A stretch of 64,000 nucleotides of DNA from Entomortierella parvispora E1425. Taxonomy: Eukaryota; Fungi; Mortierellomycota. Made by a program: the position numbers and the translations under genes. Below, in pieces: positions 50,801 through 60,609 of this stretch. How positions within the stretch are numbered: the first letter of the stretch is position 1; each line of letters begins with the position of its first letter. The notes under the pieces were generated by a model. That model saw only the letters and a program-made list of their open reading frames with translations, was not told the origin of the DNA and did not search any database. The stretch spans positions 558,001 to 622,000 of the forward strand of contig BQFW01000005.1 of NCBI GenBank assembly GCA_020891255.1. Direction: 5' to 3'.

Positions 50801-51159
50801 TTGGTCTGGTGGATCCTTTTGACAAAGTACTCCTTCTCGGAAGGAAAGAGTGGCGTCGTGGGCAAAACCTGGGTCAGCGGTGAAACCGAAAGAAGTGGCT
50901 GAAAAGACGGGTTGAAGTAGACCGTGAGCGAGTAGGAAGAGGTAGAAGCATGAGGACAGAGATCAGAGGCGACTGGGGCTGCAGAAGAAGAAGAGGAGGG
51001 AGAAGACGAAGAGGAAGGGGTGTTGCCGGAGGAAGACACTGTGACCTCTTGACCGAGGACATGCTGGACCGAGGGAAAAAGCACGGTAAGAAAGAGGGCC
51101 CAACACGAGACGGTCGTGCAAACCTCCGAGAAAGGGAGGTGGGCCGAGTTGGCGAGCAT
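47820..51159 (-). CDS. PA-TM-RING-H2 E3 ubiquitin ligase (RNF13/GRAIL-like). Best model exons 50257-51159, 47820-49799
   Basis: Signal-peptide-like start, PA-like PWIALVPC...GGALAAVLY, TM segment (LAMILMSTVCGVGVGMFGALLFVVAL), RING-H2 [43 protein letters not shown]. The 5' exon structure is uncertain. Confidence 0.8.
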
Positions 51160-52380
51160 GGTGAGTCAATTGGATCGATGCAGAATAAATAGGAGGAAAG
51201 TGGAGGAGTAACGATGTGAGGGAGGAGAGAATAACGACGAGAGAGGGGGGGAGGTGTTATGACGACGAAAGATGTGGGAAAGTATGGCAGAAGGGAAGAA
51301 AGAAGGTGAAAAACAAAGGCGAGCTGCGCGAAGGTGTCTCTGACCGTGCACGGCCGTTTGCGGTGTTGCACATTGTTGACCCCATTTCGCCCGACTCGAC
51401 GACCGGGTCACGTGTACTTTTTTTTTTTTTCCTTAAGTGTTTGCCACCAAATTATTATTTTTTGATCTCTGACCTCGGACAGATCGGACAGTGTGGGTGC
51501 GGTCCGCCTCTTTTTGGAACCGGTGCAGATGGTTGCATGATGGTACTGTAGTGAGAGCTCGGGTTGCATCCTGTGTGCTCTGCAAAGACGTCCAGGGAGC
51601 CTATCAGAGCTATTCTTGTGCTGGTGAAAAAGACAAAACCCTCGTCGTTCCTGGTGAAGCAATGAAACAGGGGGAGCTGTATGCAGGGTGAGGAAGAGAC
51701 AGGAGAGAAGGAGCCAGGATAAACTCTTGAGCAAAGCACAAGTATAAGCAGAGAAGTAACTAGATGTCCATTTGTGTTTTTCTTTCCTTGTTTGGAGTTG
51801 GATCTGAAGGCAAATCGTTCTATCTCGATGACCACGCTCGAGCCTCGATGAGAGGCCGAGTGGACCAAAGTGTAAAAATAAAGTCCGCGACGACTCAGGG
51901 ATTGGTGTCGATAGCAGCACAAGTCAAAGACGATCTGGAAAATAATATGTAAGACCATGAGAGAGTAAAGATGAAGAAGAGGGAGGGGTGCAGCAGGGCA
52001 ATAGGGCCACAGGGCCGAGAGAAGAAGGAAACAAAAAAAGCAAAGAGGAACCATCCTCTCGAAGCCAAGCGGGGCTGCAATGGACCATGGACCACTCAGA
52101 CCGACGCACTCTGGCACATTTTCCGGTGAGCTTGATTCGATTCGCATTATTATTACAGTGTGGAGATTGAAGTTGAACTTCAATTGCGGTACTGTAAGCA
52201 TACCGTATCGGAAAGAGAACCCTCGAGGGGAAGAGCCCCGGTGCGGTCCTCCTTGTCCTTCTTGAGAGCGAGAGAGAGTGTGTGTTTGTTCACATCCACC
52301 CCTGTGGACAGTGTGCGGATGGGAGTTTTCCCTTTTTCATGATGTGCTGGTCTTCATTCAATTTTTGTTCTCTCTGCTGC

Positions 52381-52456
52381 TCCTTCCTTCCTGGCTTCCT
52401 TCCTGGCTTCCTTCCTTCCTTGCTTCCTTCCTTGCTTCCTTCCTTGCTTCCTTCCT
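52381..52456. repeat. Pyrimidine-rich 12-bp tandem repeat (CTTCCTTCCTKG)n upstream of the CorA gene
   Basis: Direct reading. Confidence 0.9.
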
Positions 52457-52651
52457 CTCTTCACTCTCCACTCCATCCACCCTTGGCCACTCTTCCTCTC
52501 GCTTGCCCCCCCTCCTCCTCTCTCTCCCTCTCTTGAACGCTGGCAACACACATTCCCTCTTTTTCCCTCGCACCATCCCTATCTGCTCATTCAGAACCTT
52601 TGTGTGAATTCATTCCCTTTGTGCTTCCATTCCTGAAACTGGAAAAACACA

Positions 52652-55073
52652 ATGAACCCTCAAAGACCGGGAAAAGATCAAAACGGGGTCCATTCTGATC
52701 CCCAACCTGACCAGCGCAACAACAATGTCGACACTGTTATTGCCGTAGACCAGACTGTTCCCGAGGCCGGGGCTGTTCTCGGACAGGGTTCTCCTCTTCT
52801 GTCTCCCGCCCACCTTCGTATGCCAGACTCGAACGAACCACCCGCGGGCCCCTTCCATCAGGTGTCCTTGCCCCAAGCACCTCCAGCGGACCAGCAACAG
52901 CCAGCCTACACCTTCCCCGCTCACGGCAATAGTAACAATAGCGCTGTAGAATCTGACGACTGCAATGGAAACAGTAACTGCTGCAATGGTGATTCCCCAC
53001 AACGGCCTTTCTCTCCTCCAAACGTGATGCCTCTCAGTCCCCCTTTCCGGGGCGACCCTGCATCATCGTTCAGATACCCAAGTCATATCCACCACGGTAC
53101 ATTCACCCCTTCAATCCGATCCGAGATGCCTGGTCAACGCCCGTACGAGTCCTCTATCCGCAACCATGAGTACCACCCACCAATGGGCGGTCATCACCAC
53201 CAAGCTCGCGATTCTGGAAGACCCATGACCATTGACTATGCGGGACTAGACGCAGCCGTTACAGAAGCAACCTTGATCGAGCATGGCTTCCAAAAGTCGG
53301 CCTATTTGGACACACAGCTAAAGGAGCAGGGGTTGGATCGTGCAGCCTCGACTGGGTCCTCTGGTCTATTAGGGCCTAGCTCTGCTTACGGAAACGACTT
53401 TAAAAGGCGGTCGGCACGGAAAGCCAGTTTTTACAGCGAGCGCGCTCCTCGAGTAAGTTCGCCGCGTTTTTGTATCGGCCGGCTGTCTGCTCCTGTTTGC
53501 TTACTGCATTTTTTCCGGACGGTTACATTTTTCCTTCTTTTTTAGCCTCCACTGCCAGAGTCGCTGAGGTACACCTTCTACTCAAAATCCACTGGTCTCA
53601 TCCAGGCGCCCACCATCCCTCAGATCCTCAGTGGAGCCACAGTTGAGAGCGACAGTGGCAGTCGCACGCCTGCTGTGTTCTCCGAGCTTCTAAAAGACGG
53701 GTGTTACTGGCTTGACATTCTTGATCCCAGCGATTTTGACATGCAGATCATAGCCAAGGTAAATCAAAAAAAAAAAAAAAAAAAAAAAAAAACGTCTTTG
53801 TTCGGTTTAGTGGTTGAGGATATACGTTTGCTGTTTTACACGTATTCTAACGGATCTCCTGGTCACCATGATATAGTACTTTCATGTCCATCCCCTGACG
53901 ATCGAGGATATCTCCACAGAGGAGCAGCGGGAAAAGTATGAAGTCTTTAGACACTACTACTTTGTCTGTTTCCGGACATTTGATCAGGATTACAACTCGG
54001 GATCCTACCTTCAACCTGCCAGCATGTACAGTGTGGTTTTAAGGGATGGTATCATCACGGTATGCAGCAGACTTCAGGCAAATGCTTCAGACCCTGAAAC
54101 TTGGATCCAAACACTAACGTTTCTTTTTTACTGCCTTCCTTATAATAGTTCCATTTCCGACCAACAAATCACCATTTGAACGTATTACGAAGAATGGAGC
54201 AACTTCAGTCCCATATCACTCTATCGTCGGATTGGATCAACTATGCCATTCTGGATGATATTACGGACAGTTTCGCATCTCCTATTCAAACTATTGAATA
54301 CGAAGTGGACTCGATCGATGAATTGGTCTTGCTGCTGAGAGAGAACGAGACAACGGACATGCTTCGTCGCATTGGATCCTGCCGAAAGAATGTCATGGCC
54401 ATGTCGCGTCTACTGGCCAACAAGGCCGATGTTGTCCGAGGTCTTATGAAACGGTTCGATGAGCGGTACGCAATTGCACCCTTGGCGTCCACCTCTGCCG
54501 CGGCCGCCACCACAACCTCCACGGCAGCGGTTGCTGGTGCTGCCCCTGCCAAGCCGGATGCCCAGGAGACGGACGCGACAAAGTCAAAAGCATTAATCCA
54601 CACTCAACACCACCGTGATGGAGAAATTCTCTTGTATCTTGGAGATATCCTGGATCACGTTTTAACCATGCTGCAGTCGCTTTCAAGTTATGAAAAGATT
54701 CTGGACCGATCCCACTCCAACTACTTGGCACAGATTTCACTGGAAATCAACCAGCTGTCCAACAAGACCAACGCGGTCATGGGAACCCTGACGTTCTTTG
54801 CCAGTTTGATTGTGCCAATGACGTTTATTACTGGTCTTTGGGGGTAGGTCTTGCGTTGGCGCATTTTTTTATTGAGCAGGACGCCGCTGTATGGGAACTC
54901 TCCGATATTAATTATGATATGCTTCTGTTGCTTATAGAATGAACGTTCATGTGCCAGGTCAGCCAGGGCAGGATCCAGGCGAGCCTCTGGACTGGTGGTG
55001 GGCGCTGATCGCCGCAATGGTGCTGTACTGCATTGTGGCCGTTATTTTTGGCAAGAAGTATGGACTTATTTGA
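52652..55073 (+). CDS. CorA-family Mg2+ transporter (Alr1/Mnr2-like), 5 exons
   Basis: WLDILDP, FHVHPLTIEDI, YYFVCFRTF, DWINYAILDDITDSF, EKILDRSHSNYLAQI, and the LWG|MNVHVPG GMN signature followed by a second TM helix. Confidence 0.93.
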
Positions 55074-55803
55074 AAAGGCTCATAGCTCAACTTGATACCT
55101 TATTTAGAATCCCCTCCCATCTCCTCTATCTACTTTTCTCCTCACTCTTATCACCACCCAGCATTGCATTCTTATATAAAAGACACACATTAATACTTGG
55201 CATCCAAAAGTCTGCATGGCGCTCCAACCTCTCCCACACTCTCCATGCACGCGCGTCGGATGTTGTTATCTGACACCGCCTGAGGATTCGCAATGTCAGA
55301 ATCCTATGGTCTGCAGTGACTGAAGTGGCGATTGATCCAAGAAATCACTGTCGCGCTGTTTATCATCTTGTGGTTTCATTCATAGGATTAGTTGCCACTC
55401 CTAAAAAAAAAGAAAAAAAAGAAAGGGAGAATGCGTCCAAAGCGATTGGAACAAGGTAAATTTTGATCGCCAGTGCCGCAGGCGGGTGGTCTATGGTGAA
55501 TGGCAGATGTCACTTGTTTAGTTGAAATGGCTACAGAATCGAGAAACCAACAAGTGAGGGACACAATTGAAATCGAGAGACGAGTCGGCTGAAAAGAGAA
55601 AGAGAGGACGCGCTATTTTTTTTTTTTTTTTTTTTTTTTTTTTGGTTGTTGCATCCACGGCACTATTTGAAACAGCAAACATCTTTGCTGTGCATGCCAA
55701 ACATGATGGTGTTGATAGCATTCACAGAACGCCAAGGGTTTTACTACTAAAGTATGGTACATGGTACAAGAAACTATCTATACAACAAGAATATACAAAT
55801 ACA

Positions 55804-55938
55804 ATGGCGATCACTGCACTGCAGATCATATCAAGCTCAAAGGGGTTCATGGCGATCACTGCACTGCAGATCATATCAAGCTCATAGGGTCTCATGGCGA
55901 TCACTGCACTGCAGATCATATCAAGCTCATAGGGTTTC
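55804..55938. repeat. Minisatellite of 3 x 45 bp abutting the stop codon of the downstream F-box gene
   Basis: Units start at 55804, 55849 and 55894. The first 36 nt are identical (ATGGCGATCACTGCACTGCAGATCATATCAAGCTCA) and the last 9 nt vary slightly. Confidence 0.97.
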
Positions 55939-57952
55939 ATAAAAGACGGGGGAAAGCCGAACCAATCCCATGGGGGTGTTGGGCCATCCACTCCTGCACG
56001 TTGTGGAGAATCTCTCCTTGCCACTTGTCCGGGACCGAAATCCCCACACGATCGTAAAGGCCAATGATGGTGCGCAGTACTGGCCAGTTCTCCCTCATCC
56101 ACTCAAGTTCTGCCACACCGATCTTGTGCGCCGTATTGGAGACATCCAGGCTTCTCAATTTCTTAAGTCCCGCCAATTCATCCAGGCCAGATGCGAGCGA
56201 AAGGGAAATACATTGAAGCTGTTCTGGCTGCGGAGCTCCAGAAGAGATCGCCCTGTTCCTCCGTGGCATGCGGGTGATTGAGGACTCCCTACTGCGGGGA
56301 CCATGTCCAAGGCAGAGTTCCTTAAGCGAGGTGAGCTGCCCCAATTGGCCGTATATCTTTTGGATCTCATCTGTCGCGTCATCCTCTTCGTGTGAGACCA
56401 TGGCGCTGACGACAGTGGGGCCATTTCTTGGGCGAGTAGTCCAACCAACGAGATCTGATCGCGGGATACCTCCGATGTTGACTGCAAGGGACTTGAGCTC
56501 CAAGCATGCCCATGACGACGGGGTACCAACATCAGAGTTCAAAGGCACTGCAGCCTCGGTCTTGACTGGCGCGGCTTGGCCATCGCTCGCCTGGCTTGTC
56601 TCCCCGGTCTCCTGCTCCACGACAGCGCTCTCCACGATGGGATCAAACAATCCACAAAAGTCCATGGGCTGATACCGGATGTGATGGGCGGCGATTGACA
56701 AGTCGAACTCTTGAACAAGCGGACGGGAGAAGGTCAAGCCGCTCAACATCTTGAGATTCTCTGCAGCGGCTGAAAAGTCCTGCAAAAACTCCCCATCGAA
56801 ACCGGAGACTCCCTCGACCACCAAACTCTCGAACATTGGCGCGCCGCTGAGAAGAAACGACCTTGTGCGGCCCCCAATCGTCCCTGACGGCGACAGGGAG
56901 AGGTGCTGCAACATCACTCCCTCCAGAAAAAGGCCCGTGATTTCGTCTGTCACGGCCGGGATGTCGTAACAGAGTCCCTTAAGATTCTTTAGCTGCGTGC
57001 GAACAGCAGAACCAAGGCGAGTTGGTGCCATTGACCAGGCACGATACCGATGTATCTCGAGCGTTTGTATATTGGGGCAGCGTTGTAGGAAGGCCACCAA
57101 AAGTTCCTCGGGAACCAGCCCACTCACAGAGAAATGCTCCAATACAGGCAGAGCAGGCAACACATCGTTGGGCACAGATCCCCAGCCCCGTCCGTTCTCA
57201 ACATAGCCGAGTGCATCCAGGTCCACAAATAGGGACCGGAGAACACCAGATTGAATCCAAAAGAGGGTGCAAGTGGACCGAGGGTCGTTACCCTGCATAG
57301 GACTCAGTCTCCTAATTCCAGACAGAGACAGATGCCTGAGTGCACCTGCCCGACGAATGACCTCCAAGATGGTCTCCAGTTCGGATGCCACCAGAACTTG
57401 GACTTGAGGAAAGGCCAAATGGACCGACTCCAACATTCGCATCGTTCCTTCGGTTCGACCTTCAAGCAGCATCTGACCGTGGGTCAGCCCTTGAGAACTC
57501 TCGAAAGATCTCAGCTGGTCCAAGGAGGCTTGGAAGACTACCTGGGAAGACGCTCGGAGGAAACGTCGGCACTGGACAGGCGAATAGAGACGTACGTTGC
57601 TCCAAAGTTCTCGGGACCACACTCCGCTCCACTGCAGAGAGACCCTGCAACACCTGGCTATACTTGCATGGCCAAGATATCCTGCTATCGTCGGGGCAAT
57701 CTCCGGAGGCAAGTAGTTCCAAGACGTGATACGAGGGGCGGGGACAAGGGCGAAAGAAAGGACAGGAGAGGGCTCTTGTTGGACTGTGTGTTCAACGACA
57801 GTCTGCACTCGTTGGCGAATGAGCGCTTGTTCCCAAATAGACCTCCATGTTCTCGACACCAATTTACAGTTCAGTTTGTCTTCCCTGGAGAGATAAACAC
57901 AAATGAGAGAAGCAACTTCAGGCCAAAGTAGATCCCAAGAACTGTTGGTCAT
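55937..57952 (-). CDS. Intronless double-F-box / LRR protein (start taken at MTNSSW)
   Basis: Two F-box-like motifs (WDLLWPEVASLICVYL...VSRTWR; WNYLPPEIAPTIAGYL...VSLQWS), LRR-like repeats, and C-terminal WACLELKSL...CISLSLASGLDELAGLKKLRSLDV...ELEWMRENWP. Confidence 0.85.
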   Translation of the reverse strand: MTNSSWDLLWPEVASLICVYLSREDKLNCKLVSRTWRSIWEQALIRQRVQTVVEHTVQQEPSPVLSFALVPAPRITSWNYLPPEIAPTIAGYLGHASIARCCRVSLQWSGVWSRELWSNVRLYSPVQCRRFLRASSQVVFQASLDQLRSFESSQGLTHGQMLLEGRTEGTMRMLESVHLAFPQVQVLVASELETILEVIRRAGALRHLSLSGIRRLSPMQGNDPRSTCTLFWIQSGVLRSLFVDLDALGYVENGRGWGSVPNDVLPALPVLEHFSVSGLVPEELLVAFLQRCPNIQTLEIHRYRAWSMAPTRLGSAVRTQLKNLKGLCYDIPAVTDEITGLFLEGVMLQHLSLSPSGTIGGRTRSFLLSGAPMFESLVVEGVSGFDGEFLQDFSAAAENLKMLSGLTFSRPLVQEFDLSIAAHHIRYQPMDFCGLFDPIVESAVVEQETGETSQASDGQAAPVKTEAAVPLNSDVGTPSSWACLELKSLAVNIGGIPRSDLVGWTTRPRNGPTVVSAMVSHEEDDATDEIQKIYGQLGQLTSLKELCLGHGPRSRESSITRMPRRNRAISSGAPQPEQLQCISLSLASGLDELAGLKKLRSLDVSNTAHKIGVAELEWMRENWPVLRTIIGLYDRVGISVPDKWQGEILHNVQEWMAQHPHGIGSAFPRLL

Positions 57953-58182
57953 AGCTGTAACGAGAGGTGGTTGGTGGACGTTGTTATTATTGTCTTTAGA
58001 GAAGATACTATAAAGTAGGTTCACTTGGAGACTTGAGCCAGGTCAGAGAAGACAGAGTGGGCCAGGCGGGAGAACAGGCGAGAGAAGCGGGCGAAGCGCG
58101 ATGGCAAGTTCAGAGCGGCAGAGATGGCGCGAGTCGTATCGAGGGGCGGTTCTTTCTCTTGAGGAATCAACAATCAGACAGA

Positions 58183-58230
58183 CAGACAAGCAATCAGACA
58201 AGCAATCAGACAAGCATTCAGACAAGCAAT
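58183..58230. repeat. 4 x 12 bp tandem repeat (CAGACAAGCAAT) between the TATA and ATG of the F-box gene
   Basis: Direct reading; TATAAAA on the minus strand near 58323-58329. Confidence 0.9.
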
Positions 58231-58799
58231 CAGGCAATGAGTCTTCACGTTGATGCAAATGCACGCGTGCAATGAAGAAGAGAGATTGCTGATGAGTGAA
58301 TCCCCTTCCCCAATGGCACCCCTTTTATATTTTGCAAAAAGCCCCGCACGCGTCAATATTTGGCGCGCACACACCCCTTCAAAAAACAGTCACCTCTGGC
58401 GCAGCACTTAAGCCACCCATGTACCATAAAGCACATGTCCTTTTGTCATTCTCTCTTGTTCATCAACCAAACCCTTCCGAATGAACTGCACTACTTTTGG
58501 ACGCCTACAACGCAACGACTCCTTAGTACTTCGATCTGGCGGAAACCACTCTCACTTCGATCCCGTTCCGGCAACACTACTATCTATTACCCTCAAAGAC
58601 ATGCCTTTTTGCTGGTTTGCTTTTTTTTTTTGCTTGTTGTTGGTTGTTGGTTGTTGGTTGTTGTTTCTTTCGTTTCTCCCCCATGTCTTGCTCTCAGGTC
58701 GACCGCTGCCCTCTTACAACCCCGCCCCCAGTCAGCGAAGGACGACCTGCGTCGTAGGTGGCCCCCTATCTGAATTTATTCTAGTCGCCGCACGAAGAA

Positions 58800-60395
58800 G
58801 TGGGCGTGTAGGGAAACTACTTCAGGCGTCGCTGGGTTAACTTATCGGGATGTGTCTTCGACCTGACCGGCACCCAAGGTAAGTCAAGGTAAGTGGGGTG
58901 CGATGGCCTGCCGCCTGCTCGTTGGCGTGCCCTGCACAACTTGTCCACCTCTCCTTATTCAAAGAGAGGCGACAGTTGACTGAGAGCAGGCCCAAATAGA
59001 AATTGCTTTTCTTATGGCGAACCAAATAAATGTGATATATAACTCAACCATTATCTCCCTCTCCCTGAGTACTGGCCCGCCATGATGCAGTTGGCGTTCA
59101 ATTTGCTGGGAATCTTGGGTATCGGTCGATTACGAAATCGGGAACCCCTTCAACGACGAATTACAACGATTTGCCCTTGGGTGATTTTCTGCAAGGTCAT
59201 TCAAGCAGAAGTCAAGTCGCTGGGAGCCACGGACCGGGAATAAAATGGCACTAAAATGGGAAAGAGGATGAAGATGAAAAAATAAGGGGTGATTCTGGTC
59301 CCTTGCAACCAACATGGTTCTTTGATTTCCGTCAACACCAGGCAAGAAAAACACTCAACTCACTATCTGCTTGCGATTTGAATACACTTCGCTCGTTTGC
59401 TGCGAGTCGATCGTACGTTTGTCTGAGTCGTATTTCGGTGTGCATTTCCAGGTTAACAAGTCGTTTTTGACTTTCAAATTGGCACAGGGGATCACTGGCT
59501 AATCGGCGCTCCTTCGTGGCTCGCGCCCTTCGGACTGATGACTTTCCTAGCTGTTCGTGGTAGTCTTAGACTTCTGATGTGATCATACGTTGTCATATCC
59601 GTGCTTCGGCAACCAGGCCTGAATGGTGTCGGATTTGTTCTGCAGTCACCTGGAAGGAAGTTGGGAAGCAGAAATCATTTGGCGACTTTGGGTTGCTTTT
59701 GTCGTCAGGGATATCGCCATTCAACAAGGCGTCAATCCGGTGTTTGAATTGTAGCAACCGCTCTTGTGACAATGGCACAGTGTTATATAACACTCATGCA
59801 CCAGGGTCAGTGCCACCAGGAACCATCTGTATCATCCTGTTCGACGGACTCTCGTTGTGGAATTTGCTATCGCTCTGCAGTCTCCTCAAGTCAGCAGCAG
59901 CGACATCTTCTAGGCAGCCTGGGCAGCGAAGGGTCGGGATGGATGATGGCGGTCGCTAGAGAGGGGTATCCTCCTCCTCCTCCTCCTCCTTTCTGATTTT
60001 AGCCTGGGACGAGTAGAATCTGTCATCTGTCATAGTCGTATTTGACTTGGCGAAGGCTTTTCACTTTGCCTCGTTGAGGGAGGACCTCGCGTCGAAGGTC
60101 GTGCACCTGCTCTCGCTAGCTATTGAGATTCCTAAACAACGGTTCTACTTCTGCTGTCTCCCGCTTGGCGCGTCTCAAGTTGGACTGAACAGCCTTGAGT
60201 CGGCTTTCCTCCATGGCCAGCCAACTGTTCAAAGCCTTGAGCTCCCTGTCAGCGGAGTCTACATCCTCAGAGAGGGCGTTCGCCCGTTCCCTGGCCTCTT
60301 CCTTCGTCAGGTCCGTGGCCTGCAGGTCTTGCTATCGTTTATCTGCATCCGAAGGTCCACGTCCCGTTCCCTTCTTTCTCTTTAGTCGCTTCTGA
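58800..60395 (-). pseudogene. Decayed ORF, candidate Fanzor/TnpB-like RuvC nuclease relic
   Basis: Protein-like reading continues across many in-frame stops and at least 3 frameshifts. Order: coiled coil, then GGTDPG, TVPL, FPTSFQVTAEQI, YDRLAANER, IERQLHHGGPVLR, and C...SDA. The pseudogene status is fairly clear; the family call is inference. Confidence 0.45.
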
Positions 60396-60609
60396 CGCAC
60401 TCATGAGCTTGATATATGAGATGGGATAGCAGTGAAGGCGGTCGGCTTCTGCTGGCACCAAAGCGGTCAGCACATCCACATCTCCACACATTCTCAAAAT
60501 TGGTGGCAAACAAAGCAGTCGTCAAAGCCACATTTTTTTTTTTTTTTTTTTTTTTTGGTGAACAGTTCCTCGACTCGGTCGACCCATTCCTTTCCTCTCC
60601 ACATTCATC

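Noticed and set aside
55804-55938. 36-nt identical repeats with intervening variable bases as a CRISPR array
   Set aside because: The variable parts are only 9 nt and resemble each other, there are no cas genes, and the context is eukaryotic. It is a minisatellite.
58875-58894. ACTTACCTTG twice on the minus strand as a U1 snRNA 5' end
   Set aside because: No U1 stem-loops or Sm site follow; it is a 10-bp tandem duplication.
59330-60395. Premature stops as evidence of RIP or methylation-driven C-to-T decay
   Set aside because: Every stop codon starts with T, so derivation from CAG/CGA/CAA is trivially possible. An intact copy is needed to polarise the changes.
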